Below, piece by piece: positions 1-10,282 of a stretch of 64,000 nucleotides of DNA. Source of the stretch: Ignavibacteria bacterium (GTDB taxonomy: Bacteria; Bacteroidota; Ignavibacteria; Ch128b); the NCBI GenBank assembly GCA_013177855.1, contig JABLYA010000001.1, positions 417,231-481,230 of the forward strand, read 5' to 3'. The position numbers and the translations under genes are program-made. The notes under the pieces were generated by a model. That model saw only the letters and a program-made list of their open reading frames with translations. It was not told the origin of the DNA and searched no databases. Within the stretch, counting starts at the first letter, position 1, and each line of letters starts with the position of its first letter.

Positions 1-709
1 ATGAGCCATCTTTATCAACTGATTCTTCAGTTTTAATTTTAGCTCCTTCACTAACAACAACGATACTAAAGTTCTTTCCTCTTTCATGTCTTTTCTTGAT
101 AATATTTGCAACCTCATCAAGATCGAAAGGTCTCTCAGGAATTAAAATCACATCTGCACCACCAGCAAGTCCAGCATATAAAGCAATCCAGCCAGCATGA
201 CGACCCATAACTTCAACAACGATAACTCTATTGTGACTTTCTGCTGTTGTGTGGAGTCGATCAATTGCTTCCATCGCAATGTTGACAGCAGTATCAAAAC
301 CGAATGTAAAATCTGTTGCGTTCAGATCGTTATCAATTGTTTTTGGAATACCGACGACTTTAATTCCCTTTTCGGAGAGTTTGTATGCAACTCCTAAAGT
401 GTCTTCTCCACCAATTGCACAAATTACATCGATATTAAATTTTTCTAAATTTTCTCGAAGTTTTTGTTCACCTTCAGGGACTTTGAATGGATTAGTTCTG
501 GAAGTTCCAAGTATAGTCCCGCCACGATGAAGAATTCCACTGATTGAATTTAAATCTAAAGGTTCGATTGTGCCTTCAATCAAACCTTTCCATCCATTGC
601 GAATGCCCTGACAACTATAACCGTAATTTAATGCTTTTCTCACCACAGCTCTAATAACGGCATTAAGTCCAGGGCAATCACCACCACCAGTTAGAATACC
701 AATGTTCAT
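1..709 (-). CDS. pfkA: ATP-dependent 6-phosphofructokinase, N-terminal 236 aa; gene continues past window start
   Basis: Minus-strand ATG at 709 preceded by GGAGG. Translation MNIGILTGGGDCPGLNAVIRAVV...GGEDTLGVA...GIPKTIDNDL...MGRHAGWIAL carries the PFK signature motifs. Absent from the ORF track because it has no stop inside the window. Confidence 0.85.
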   Translation of the reverse strand, partial: MNIGILTGGGDCPGLNAVIRAVVRKALNYGYSCQGIRNGWKGLIEGTIEPLDLNSISGILHRGGTILGTSRTNPFKVPEGEQKLRENLEKFNIDVICAIGGEDTLGVAYKLSEKGIKVVGIPKTIDNDLNATDFTFGFDTAVNIAMEAIDRLHTTAESHNRVIVVEVMGRHAGWIALYAGLAGGADVILIPERPFDLDEVANIIKKRHERGKNFSIVVVSEGAKIKTEESVDKDGS

Positions 710-740
710 TTTTCAACTCCTCTATTTGTTTAACATTGAT

Positions 741-2933
741 TCATTTTATTACTTTTAGTTTAGCATATTTAACCATTAAATGCTTTCTTACACCACTATT
801 AAATTCTACGATTACTTTTTGATAATCACCATATCCATCGAGATAAACCACTCTTCCTTTTCCAAAAACATCATGCTCAACGATAGAACCAGGCTTTATT
901 TGTTTTGAAATCTGAGAATACTCATAATCTTCAAATGGATCAACCTGACTAAATTCGTCAGTAATTATACTTCTACTTTCTAAATTTTTCTTCAAATAAA
1001 TTTCAGCAAGTGGAGTAGCCGAAATGTCAACAAATGTTTTATCTATTTCTTCGATAAATCTTGAATGAATTTGCGGATAGGAATTTCCAAACCTGTTTCT
1101 ATTTCTTGCGTAACTAATGAATAAATGTTTTTTCGCTCGAGTACAACCGACATAGAAAAGTCTTCGCTCTTCCTCGATATCCTCAATTTCGCCATCTCTT
1201 TTAAGCGGGAGTAATCCTTCTTCACATCCAACAATAAACACAACATCGAACTCAAGTCCTTTGGCTGAATGTAATGTCATAAGCACTATCGCGTTTTTAC
1301 GATCTTCCCAATTATCAATATCAGCAATAAGCGATATTTCAGAAAGATAATCTACCAAAGTTTTATCTGAATTTGCAGCTTGAAATTCTTGAATTGAATT
1401 TAGTAATTGAATGATGTTTTCATAACGCTGGATTGAGTCTTCTGTCCCCTCTTCCTTAAATAATTGTAAGATGCCAATTTCATCTATTAATGTTTTGATA
1501 ACTGAATAAAAATCTGATTGATTAACTAAATCCTGATATTTTATGATTAATTCATAAAATGCTTTGAAATTTTTCTTTATTCTATCGGATACATTTTCAG
1601 AATTAATTAAATCTGGAATAGCTAAGAACAAAGATTTTTCTCTTTGTAAAGCAATAGTTCTTAATGTTTCAATCGAGACATCACCAATTCCCCTGGCTGG
1701 GAAATTTACAACTCGTAAAAAGCTTTCATCATCTTTTGGATTAACTAACAACTTAAGATAAGCAAGAACATCCTTAACTTCTTTTCTTTTATAAAATTCA
1801 ACTCCACCTACAATGACATAAGGTATTGAACTTTTTATTAATGTTTCCTCAAAATATCTTGATTGAGCGTTTGTCCGATAAAGTATAGCAATATCTCTAG
1901 GATTATATTTTTTTGAATTTATTAACTCGACAATTTTCTTTGCGATATAATTTGCTTCATCTCTTTCATCAAAACAGACAGTCACAGTAACTTTTTCGCC
2001 TTGCTCGTTGCTTGTCCATAAAGTTTTTTCAATTTGATAAACATTGTTTTTGATAACTGAATCAGCTACAGCCAGTATTGATTTGGTTGATCTATAATTT
2101 TGTTCAAGTCGAATGATTTTGGTTTCAGGGAAGTCTTTATTAAAATCTAAAATATTTCTGACCTCAGCTCCACGCCATTTGTAAATACTCTGTGCATCAT
2201 CACCGACACAACATATATTTTTATTATCGTTCACTAACATCTTCAGGAGATAATATTGAGCAACATTTGTATCCTGATATTCGTCGACAAGAATGTAATT
2301 AAATCTTTCTCGGTATTCTTGCAAAAGTTCAGGATAATTTGAAAACAATTCTATTGGTTTAATGAGAAGATCATCAAAATCCATTGCGTTTGAATTTTTA
2401 AGACGCCTGTTATATTCCTCGAAAATTTCTGAAAGCTTTTTATTATATGAACCGAAGAATTTTTCAAACCCATTTTCTTTGAAAAGCAATTTATTTTTTG
2501 CTTTTGAAATAACATTTTGAATGAATCTGGGTGAAAGATGATTTTCTGAAATGTTAAAATCTTTTAATATACCTTTTATTACATTTTCTTGATCATCAGT
2601 ATCATAGATGGAATAATCTTTCGAATAACCAATTAAATGTGCTTCTCGTCTTAGAATTCGTGCAAATATTGAATGAAAAGTCCCCATAAAAATGTAATCA
2701 GCTCTTTTGCCAACGAGATTGCGAATTCGTTCTTTCATCTCGCTGGCTGCTTTATTTGTAAAAGTTAAAGCAAGAATTGATGAAGGCGAAATACCAAGTG
2801 AAATTAAATATGCAATTCGATAAGTTAAAACTAATGTTTTCCCACTCCCAGCACCAGCAACGACAAGAACCGGACCTTCAGTTGTAGTTACTGCCTCTTT
2901 TTGTTTTGGATTTAATCTATCAAGATTTATCAA
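741..2933 (-). CDS. UvrD/PcrA/Rep-family ATP-dependent DNA helicase
   Basis: 730 aa. Walker A AGAGSGKTLVLTYRIAYL, helicase motif LALTFTNKAASEMKERI, DEYQDTN motif II, QNYRS motif. Confidence 0.85.
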   Translation of the reverse strand: MINLDRLNPKQKEAVTTTEGPVLVVAGAGSGKTLVLTYRIAYLISLGISPSSILALTFTNKAASEMKERIRNLVGKRADYIFMGTFHSIFARILRREAHLIGYSKDYSIYDTDDQENVIKGILKDFNISENHLSPRFIQNVISKAKNKLLFKENGFEKFFGSYNKKLSEIFEEYNRRLKNSNAMDFDDLLIKPIELFSNYPELLQEYRERFNYILVDEYQDTNVAQYYLLKMLVNDNKNICCVGDDAQSIYKWRGAEVRNILDFNKDFPETKIIRLEQNYRSTKSILAVADSVIKNNVYQIEKTLWTSNEQGEKVTVTVCFDERDEANYIAKKIVELINSKKYNPRDIAILYRTNAQSRYFEETLIKSSIPYVIVGGVEFYKRKEVKDVLAYLKLLVNPKDDESFLRVVNFPARGIGDVSIETLRTIALQREKSLFLAIPDLINSENVSDRIKKNFKAFYELIIKYQDLVNQSDFYSVIKTLIDEIGILQLFKEEGTEDSIQRYENIIQLLNSIQEFQAANSDKTLVDYLSEISLIADIDNWEDRKNAIVLMTLHSAKGLEFDVVFIVGCEEGLLPLKRDGEIEDIEEERRLFYVGCTRAKKHLFISYARNRNRFGNSYPQIHSRFIEEIDKTFVDISATPLAEIYLKKNLESRSIITDEFSQVDPFEDYEYSQISKQIKPGSIVEHDVFGKGRVVYLDGYGDYQKVIVEFNSGVRKHLMVKYAKLKVIK

Positions 2934-3029
2934 GCTGATTTCCTGTATTAGTTATACCAATAAAGCAATTTTAATTTACAAATATAAGATTAAAGTAAAT
3001 TTTAAATGACAGAATTTTTAATAAAAATC

Positions 3030-3086
3030 GTTCAACAAACAATAAAAAAGTTGTCATCCATAAACAAACGTTACGGATGACAACTT
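3030..3086 (-). terminator. Rho-independent terminator downstream of the 911-aa T9SS cargo gene
   Basis: Perfect 12-bp inverted repeat AAGTTGTCATCC/GGATGACAACTT (3048-3059 and 3075-3086) with a 15-nt loop, followed on the minus strand by TTTTATTTTTTATTG. Confidence 0.6.
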
Positions 3087-3165
3087 GAAACGAAAAATTT
3101 CTAAAGAATGAATAAACAAAGCGCCTGATTGAAAGAAAACAACCAGACGCTAAACATTATAAAAA

Positions 3166-5901
3166 TTATTTCAGCATCATCATTTTCATTGTCTTTACAA
3201 ACTTACCAGCTACCATTCGATAAATGTAAATACCACTCGAAACTCTTGAACCATAATTGTTTGTTCCGTCCCATTCAACACTATGATAACCTGGTCTTAA
3301 TTCTTCATTTATTAAAGTTTTAACTTCTCGTCCTAAAACATCATAGACTTTAATTGTGACTTTTTCTGCAACCGGCAAACCAAATCTGATTATTGTACTC
3401 GGGTTGAATGGATTCGGGAAGTTTTGACTCAAGAAGAATGTATTTGGAACAACATTCGGATCAATCACACTAACCTGTCCTGATGCTTCCTGGAGAATTA
3501 TTGCATCTGCACGAGTTACGAAACTATCCTGTAATGCACGATTAACTACACTATCTTGATAATAAATATTTACTTCATTATGGTCATTAATCAATTTAAT
3601 ATTTCCAAATATAGTTCCACCGCCATACATATCCTGGCCACCTCTTAAGAATATATATCGACCTAAATAAATTCTACCATTGGATGGAACATCACCACCA
3701 TAAGCAGTTGAGTTTTGATTCTTCTTTACAATAGTTGTTCCCTGAGTATGGTTAATTTCATAAACAGCAACTGGGTTTCCAGTGCTTGAACCGGCTGGAA
3801 CAACTGCCCAAACATCGAAGCTGTCTGGTTCAACGGGTGGATGTCCAGGTTTTGATGGAAATCTTGGGAACCACTGAATAAATCTTAATGGATCGTTTGG
3901 AGTTCCGTTATATTGACTTCCATAGATATAGGTAATTAATCTTTGATTGTTAGTTCCGCTGCCAGAGATTCTCTGCCATTGATTGAGGTTAGTTGGATTT
4001 GTTGGATTCCAATCAACGATTGGTGTACTTACATAAGTTGTTGGATCTGAATCATCAACTAAGATATTTGTTCCAACACCCTGACCGGAGAGCGTAATGT
4101 TGATGTATCTGTTATTAACAGTATCATTAGTCCACATTCTCAAGGTTGCTGAATGAAGTCTTATTGAATCAGGTAAGAATGAGATTGTCAGGTTATAAAC
4201 ACCATCAATAGCAGGAAGAGTTAAAGGCTGAGGAGGCATATTTTCAATTACGAAATAAGCACTATCACGACCAATGATCATAATTGAATCAACTACAAGA
4301 GGTGTTTCACCATTGCTTCTGATTTGTAAACCTCTCTGGTAATTAAACTCAGCTTGTCGTATTGAGTCATAGATAGAAACTGAGCCAAAGCTTAATATTC
4401 TATTAGTTGCATCTGCTGATGTAGTTGCTGTCGGTGCAATTGGGAGAAGTCTTACTCTCAACAAATCAGTTCGTAAGAAATTACCACTGGCCTGACCTGG
4501 ATTTTCAAATTTAACATAAGTTACACCACCACCATTCAAATCAAAAACTCTTGTATTATTATCTTGAATTTTTGCCCAAAGAACCGATCCAGTGACCTGT
4601 CTTTCATTAAAGTTGTATACTCTTTGTGTATCAGCAATGAAAGGAGTGACAACTGAGATTGTTGCATTTGTAGCAGCATTTGGAGATCCTGATGGACCAG
4701 AATATTCCATCAAATACTTACCAGCTAAAGTATCTGGTAATTGGAAACCATAAGTTGCTGATGGAAAGTCGGTTGTTCCAGTGTAAACACGGCTATATTG
4801 GTTACCACCTGGAATTGGGAAAATAAAATTAGACTTCGCTGAATTAAGCCATGCTTGAATACCAGTTTCTACATAAGAAGTTGGTTCAGGGGCATTCCAG
4901 TGTGGTTCATTTCCTGAAGAGGCATTCATAATAAAATTATAGTTGATACCCTCACCGCGAACTGGTAAAATGGCTTCAGGTTCATATGGGTCATTACTAT
5001 GAATTACCATTGTATCCTGTGTTGCTTCCTCGCCTTTAGGTGAAAATCTGATAGTTAATTCCGCCTTATCACCAGGTTGCAAAGTTATTGGTAATGGAGT
5101 TATGCATGAGAAACGATTTGTGGAAAAAGTTACATTAGAAATGACTAAATCTGAATCACCTAAATTCCATACTGGAATTTTTTTATCTGAATACTGTCCC
5201 CATTTAAATGTTGTTTGAGGAAAATCTTCAATCATTCTTGTAGTATCGAATGCAGTCATATGACGACGGCCAAATTCAAGATCTGGCCCTGGACCAGGAC
5301 TTCTTAAAACTCTAATAGCATCAACACGCATAAATGCTGGTGTAAGTGTATCAGCACCAATTGTAACAATCAAACCTTTTTGAGCAGCCGGCACATTAAT
5401 TATTCCAAGTGGTTTCCAGCTTCCTGTGGAACCAGTAGTTACATTATTGCTCTGGATATCGTAACGGAAACTGTCAGCAGTTACTCCTTCACCAAATCGT
5501 TTAAAAGTTACATATGCATTACTGGTTGCATTACCAGTAAATCCCATATAATGATAAACAAGATAGTAATCTGAAACAGGAATATTAATATAATATGTAG
5601 CCGAAGCTCCGTTAGGCGAACCAGCTGTTCTTGGTGTTCGTCTATGAGATCCGCCATACCAGGCACTTCCTACATTTGACCACCATCCATCAGTTTCATT
5701 CGGTGTTCCAGCAAGCGGCGCAACTTCGCAATATGTAGAATCATCACACAATACTGTTCCAGGTGCATTCGCAGTATTGTTATCATTCAGGTTATCCACA
5801 GTGATATAATTAGCTGGATCAAGTATCTGCTGTGCCTTTACTGGCAAAGCGATTAAAACAATAAATAAGATTGTTATAAAAAAGTATTTGTTTTGAGCCA
5901 T
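3166..5901 (-). CDS. Large secreted protein with T9SS type A C-terminal sorting domain; function unknown
   Basis: 911 aa. Signal peptide MAQNKYFFITILFIVLIALPVKAQQ. C-terminal NFPNPFNPSTIIRFGLP...KVYDVLGREV...GIYIYRM matches the Por secretion tail. Last gene of the co-directional cluster. Confidence 0.7.
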   Translation of the reverse strand: MAQNKYFFITILFIVLIALPVKAQQILDPANYITVDNLNDNNTANAPGTVLCDDSTYCEVAPLAGTPNETDGWWSNVGSAWYGGSHRRTPRTAGSPNGASATYYINIPVSDYYLVYHYMGFTGNATSNAYVTFKRFGEGVTADSFRYDIQSNNVTTGSTGSWKPLGIINVPAAQKGLIVTIGADTLTPAFMRVDAIRVLRSPGPGPDLEFGRRHMTAFDTTRMIEDFPQTTFKWGQYSDKKIPVWNLGDSDLVISNVTFSTNRFSCITPLPITLQPGDKAELTIRFSPKGEEATQDTMVIHSNDPYEPEAILPVRGEGINYNFIMNASSGNEPHWNAPEPTSYVETGIQAWLNSAKSNFIFPIPGGNQYSRVYTGTTDFPSATYGFQLPDTLAGKYLMEYSGPSGSPNAATNATISVVTPFIADTQRVYNFNERQVTGSVLWAKIQDNNTRVFDLNGGGVTYVKFENPGQASGNFLRTDLLRVRLLPIAPTATTSADATNRILSFGSVSIYDSIRQAEFNYQRGLQIRSNGETPLVVDSIMIIGRDSAYFVIENMPPQPLTLPAIDGVYNLTISFLPDSIRLHSATLRMWTNDTVNNRYINITLSGQGVGTNILVDDSDPTTYVSTPIVDWNPTNPTNLNQWQRISGSGTNNQRLITYIYGSQYNGTPNDPLRFIQWFPRFPSKPGHPPVEPDSFDVWAVVPAGSSTGNPVAVYEINHTQGTTIVKKNQNSTAYGGDVPSNGRIYLGRYIFLRGGQDMYGGGTIFGNIKLINDHNEVNIYYQDSVVNRALQDSFVTRADAIILQEASGQVSVIDPNVVPNTFFLSQNFPNPFNPSTIIRFGLPVAEKVTIKVYDVLGREVKTLINEELRPGYHSVEWDGTNNYGSRVSSGIYIYRMVAGKFVKTMKMMMLK

Positions 5902-5914
5902 AGTACCTCCTGAT

Positions 5915-6361
5915 TTATTTTTGTTTTTTTAAAGTTACAACCAAGGTATCAGAAGGTGGTCCAATAAAAGATACTTTGACACCCGTTCTGATATCTGTTT
6001 TGGTTCCAATTGGATAGACCAGATAATAAAGCCTCAAACTGTCCGTAACAGTTGGTAATACAGAATCTGCAAAGGTATATTTCTGATAATTAGAAACTAT
6101 GATTTTAAAATTATCTGGATACTTTTGAGAACGATAAATTTCAAAATATCTTAAATTAGAAGTATCGGGCAACTCCCAGCTCATCACAACTCTTCGCTTG
6201 CCTGTCAATGTTGTATCTACTGCGTCAACTTTAAAGTTGGTTACTTTCGGAACTATTGAAAAATGGTAAGGGGATATTAAATCTTCGGTTTTTGAACAAC
6301 CCATAACTATTAGTGTCAAGATAAAGATTATAAGAATATATTTTTTCATACCTGCCTTCAT
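5915..6361 (-). CDS. Small lipoprotein, possible Fn3-like fold
   Basis: 148 aa. MKKYILIIFILTLIVMGCS lipobox. 1-nt overlap (TAATG) with the upstream gene's stop indicates translational coupling. Confidence 0.5.
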   Translation of the reverse strand: MKAGMKKYILIIFILTLIVMGCSKTEDLISPYHFSIVPKVTNFKVDAVDTTLTGKRRVVMSWELPDTSNLRYFEIYRSQKYPDNFKIIVSNYQKYTFADSVLPTVTDSLRLYYLVYPIGTKTDIRTGVKVSFIGPPSDTLVVTLKKQK

Positions 6362-6936
6362 TAATTTAATGGTATTGCGATTGAAATTAAGTGACCTTTA
6401 TTATAATCTGATTTATAAGAAAATTCGATCGGACCTTTATCTTCTGTCCAGAATAAATAATCAACTAAATTCAATGACCACACAAAAATTGTCGCTGCAG
6501 TAAAAATATTTCTTGCTTTTTCGTGCATCTTTTGTTCATCGCGAACGCTCACCATTTGTTTCCAATAATAATCTGCAAGCGTAAATCTGTCCGCATTTAG
6601 ATAATCAAACTCTAAACTTTGCAAACGTTCTCTATTCCCAATAAAATTATTTTGTGAGACAATTGCACCAACCAAACCAGTAAAAAATGTAACCGCAAAA
6701 GCAGCACCTTTTGTCTGATGCCCTAAATATATTTGACCACTTCCAGGTACAAAAACACTATATGCAAGTCCTGTGATTCTCCTCGAATCAAATCGGGGTA
6801 ATTGAAAGAGCTCTTTTTTATTCTTATTAGATCTTAACTCTTGATAAATTTGATTTGAAAAATTAGAACCGCTTTGTGCATAGGAAATATTTAAAACTGA
6901 TAAGAACAATACAAGCAAGAATACTTTTTTTATCAT
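6361..6936 (-). CDS. Secreted/membrane protein with PGSGQ motif (DUF5683-like); hypothetical
   Basis: 191 aa. Signal peptide. Motif SVFVPGSGQIYLGHQTKGAAFAVTFFTGL followed by a hydrophobic segment. Family name is from memory and not searched. Confidence 0.4.
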   Translation of the reverse strand: MIKKVFLLVLFLSVLNISYAQSGSNFSNQIYQELRSNKNKKELFQLPRFDSRRITGLAYSVFVPGSGQIYLGHQTKGAAFAVTFFTGLVGAIVSQNNFIGNRERLQSLEFDYLNADRFTLADYYWKQMVSVRDEQKMHEKARNIFTAATIFVWSLNLVDYLFWTEDKGPIEFSYKSDYNKGHLISIAIPLN

Positions 6937-6945
6937 ACTAACTCT

Positions 6946-8817
6946 CTACTTAATTAGAACAAATTTTTTAATTAGAGACCTACCGGTCGTTGTTAGTTTA
7001 TAAAAATATGTTCCACTCGAAATATTGTAAAGTGATGAATTAAATTCAACTTCATACTTCCCTGGTGTTTGATAATCATTAATTAAATCAGCGATTTTTT
7101 GTCCGAGCAAATCGAAAATTTCGAGTTTAATTTTCTCTGAGTAGAAAATTTCATAACTAATTTTTGTAGTTCCATTAAATGGATTTGGAAAGTTCTGATA
7201 AAGGATAGCGGTGCTTGGAATATTGGCAAAATCATACTCAACATTTGTTGAGACCATATTAGAAATTTCGCTCTCATTATCAAGTCGATCAAGTGCTGAT
7301 ACGGCATAATAATAGACTTGAGTTGTATCAGTAATTGTATCAAAGAAAAATGTATCAGCAGTTGCAGTTATTTTATAAAGATGAGCTGGATTATTCTGGT
7401 TAATTGGTTCTGTAGCTCTAAAAATATTATAATATTCTGCTACTTCACCATCACTGGCTACCTGAGGTTTATTCCAGATTAACCGATATTTATCAGATGA
7501 AATTTTCTGAACTATTAAATTCGTTGGTTTATTGGGTGGAATAGGATCTTTCCATGGCATCGGCGGAACATTAGCAGGATACTTGAATAGATCCTGAGCA
7601 AGACTATCAAGAAAATTTACTGAATTAACCATACTTCTAAATCTGAAGAAATTAACGCCAGCACCGCCAATTAATCTTGTATAGATAATTTGATTTTTTA
7701 TTTCATTAAAATCTCCAAATGTTGGATCTCCTATTCTATATGCAGCAATCCCCATCCATGCCTGTCTTCCGCTCAGATTATTTTTCCACCAGCTTGCAAC
7801 TTTTGTAAACTCGGGACAAGTCGACATATTCCAGTAAATCTGTGGATTGTGATAATCAATATAACCTTTTGCAGCCCAGGCTTTTGGATCTGATCTTAAT
7901 TGAGAATACAACTCCCAGACAGAACAATTTAATCCCATTGCTGCTGCAGTGTATACTCCCGGAGTTGTCGTACCAATTTTAACCCATGGTTTATATTTCT
8001 TTACTGAATCAGCCACCATTTTCAATAGACGCTCTATATTTAAACGAGCGAAATCATTTCGATTTAAATTCCATGGATTTCCATTTGCTGAATCAGTCCT
8101 GTTTGTAAACCAATAATTTGAGGCATCACCATATAGAAGAGCTTCATTTCCTAGATCAGTATAACGAATAAAATCAAAATGAATTCCATCTACATTGTAA
8201 TTTTTTACAATTTCTGTTGCAACATTTGCGATATGGGCTCGAACAGCTGGATTTCCAGGATCAAAGAAAAATCCGCCATCGCTTTTCATCTGACCTGTTG
8301 AAGTTTTCGCGAACCATTCTGTTTTCCAGTATCTTTTACCATCAGAACTATCTTTGATCGCCGGGTGTCTTGGAAATGAAATCACATTCAGATATCCTGG
8401 CAGAGTATCATTAAGAACATAAAATGTATTTATCCATGCATGAACTTCAATATTATGCTGCTTAGCTCTTGAAATCATTTCTGAAAGAGGATTATAACCA
8501 GGACTCAAACCTAAATTATTCGGATCAACACAAGGGCTGAAGCAAGTTAAATTAGATGCCCAAGGTAAAAAATTAGATGAGTAATAAGCATCACCACGTG
8601 CACTCACCTGAAAGACAATTGTATTAATATTGGCTCTTCTACAGGCATCCACAAAAGATTGAATTTCGGCCCTTTGAGCTTGAACTCCCTGTGTTGTGGG
8701 GAAATCTAATCTTCCAGCTGTTGCAATCCAGACTGCTCTAACCTCTCTTCGCTGAGCTTCAAGAAAATTAAAAAGTGAGATCGAGAACAAAATTGCTAAA
8801 ATTAAAAGCTGTCTCAT
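6946..8817 (-). CDS. Glycoside-hydrolase-like family 10 (GHL10/YngK-like) protein with Fn3 and T9SS type A C-terminal domain
   Basis: 623 aa. Signal peptide. REVRAVWIATAGRLDFP motif typical of GHL10/DUF187. C-terminal ILYQNFPNPFNGTTKISYEI...FDLLGQKI...GTYFYKL T9SS tail. Confidence 0.65.
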   Translation of the reverse strand: MRQLLILAILFSISLFNFLEAQRREVRAVWIATAGRLDFPTTQGVQAQRAEIQSFVDACRRANINTIVFQVSARGDAYYSSNFLPWASNLTCFSPCVDPNNLGLSPGYNPLSEMISRAKQHNIEVHAWINTFYVLNDTLPGYLNVISFPRHPAIKDSSDGKRYWKTEWFAKTSTGQMKSDGGFFFDPGNPAVRAHIANVATEIVKNYNVDGIHFDFIRYTDLGNEALLYGDASNYWFTNRTDSANGNPWNLNRNDFARLNIERLLKMVADSVKKYKPWVKIGTTTPGVYTAAAMGLNCSVWELYSQLRSDPKAWAAKGYIDYHNPQIYWNMSTCPEFTKVASWWKNNLSGRQAWMGIAAYRIGDPTFGDFNEIKNQIIYTRLIGGAGVNFFRFRSMVNSVNFLDSLAQDLFKYPANVPPMPWKDPIPPNKPTNLIVQKISSDKYRLIWNKPQVASDGEVAEYYNIFRATEPINQNNPAHLYKITATADTFFFDTITDTTQVYYYAVSALDRLDNESEISNMVSTNVEYDFANIPSTAILYQNFPNPFNGTTKISYEIFYSEKIKLEIFDLLGQKIADLINDYQTPGKYEVEFNSSLYNISSGTYFYKLTTTGRSLIKKFVLIK

Positions 8818-8818
8818 T

Positions 8819-10282
8819 TTATCTCTTTCTTTCAGAAACGTACTGAATTAAGTTTTGGCCAAAATTCAAAGCTTCTGTACTTTCTGTTTTTTCATGCCAG
8901 AGAGCCACATAACCTTTATTCGAAATAATTGCAACAAGTTTTCCATCAACAAAAAGTCCGTCAATCACATCATTTTTACCGACTTTTGGATTAACATCAT
9001 CATATCCTTTTGGAAGCTGATAGAAATTATTTGGTGATTTAAATATTGGATGATCAATGGAAATTCTTTTTATTTCACTTTTACCCTGCAAGCGATTAGA
9101 AATCTGGGTTGTTATATCTAACATTGTTTGATAATATGGCCAATCCGCAGTTACAAATGCATTATCAAAAAAGATTACACCACCATTTTGAATTACCTTT
9201 GCTAGTTTATCAAACATTACAGAACTTACATCTGGTTTTCCGTATCCGCCAATTAGGATTACAAGATTTGCTTTATTTACATCCAGAGCATCAACTGTGG
9301 CTCTTGAGAATTGGCAATTTGCTGTGCCTTTGGAGTTCACATATCTGACAAGTTCCGGGATTGCTTCAGGGAATGGATTCCAGGTTTCCAATGCCTGATA
9401 TCTTGATTCCGAAGAAGTGTATTGCAATTGAACAATATTAATCTCTTTTGCTTTTTTCAGAGTGTCAGATTTTTGAACACCAGTTGTATCGAAAGTTCTT
9501 ACACCAGCAACCCAATTTTTATCAAGCTTAGTTTTTCTAAAGTAAAATGAATAATTAGCAAATTTATCAGGTTCATTATTCTCGTTATAACCAAGGATAA
9601 ATTTTCTAAGTGTTAGCTTAATTCGATCGACCGATTCATCTAAAGGATCAAAGACAATGAAACCTTCACGATAGTCACCAGCATAAATTGGTTTTCCGTA
9701 AGTCAACATAGTCCGTCGGACAATTCCCATCCTTGATTCAAAAACATCATCATCAATACCGCTTGAACCTTTTCGCTTTAAGAAATACTCTTCAATACTT
9801 TGATAACGAGCATCTTTCTTTTCTCTACCATATGCGTTTAATTTATCTCCGCGATCTGTTTCGAGTAAAGCTTCTTCAGGATCGATGTTAATCTTTGAGC
9901 TTGTATAATTATAAACTGTTACCTTAAAGACAGTGAACCTTTGAGGTGTGTAACCCTTTTCTGGATCAATCCAATCTCCATAAGTGTAAGGATTTTTCGA
10001 ATAGAAGCCGCCCTTTGAATCTTCAGGAAATTCGAAAGTATTCAGCTGATAGTCTGTCATATATTTGACTTCAATTTTGAAATCTTTTTTATCCATTATG
10101 ATAGTCAAACTGTCTTTAGAAAATCTGTAGGTTGAATCACAGAAAAATAAAGTGTTTTCCCTATCTGGAATGAACATAAATTCTTCTCTTTCGGGCGGCA
10201 TAAAAATGTATCTATAGACGGAGTCACACCCAGTTAAAAACACTAAAGATAGAATTACGAATAGTAAAATTTTCTTTTTCAT
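8819..10282 (-). CDS. Lipoprotein with C-terminal DUF4159-like (class I glutamine-amidotransferase-like) domain
   Basis: 487 aa. Lipobox LFVILSLVFLTGCDS. C-terminal LVILIGGYG...GGVIFFDNAF...HPIFKS...GLFVDGKLVAIISNKGYVALW is paralogous to the C-terminus of the adjacent 438-aa protein. 4-nt overlap with the upstream gene. Confidence 0.5.
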   Translation of the reverse strand: MKKKILLFVILSLVFLTGCDSVYRYIFMPPEREEFMFIPDRENTLFFCDSTYRFSKDSLTIIMDKKDFKIEVKYMTDYQLNTFEFPEDSKGGFYSKNPYTYGDWIDPEKGYTPQRFTVFKVTVYNYTSSKINIDPEEALLETDRGDKLNAYGREKKDARYQSIEEYFLKRKGSSGIDDDVFESRMGIVRRTMLTYGKPIYAGDYREGFIVFDPLDESVDRIKLTLRKFILGYNENNEPDKFANYSFYFRKTKLDKNWVAGVRTFDTTGVQKSDTLKKAKEINIVQLQYTSSESRYQALETWNPFPEAIPELVRYVNSKGTANCQFSRATVDALDVNKANLVILIGGYGKPDVSSVMFDKLAKVIQNGGVIFFDNAFVTADWPYYQTMLDITTQISNRLQGKSEIKRISIDHPIFKSPNNFYQLPKGYDDVNPKVGKNDVIDGLFVDGKLVAIISNKGYVALWHEKTESTEALNFGQNLIQYVSERKR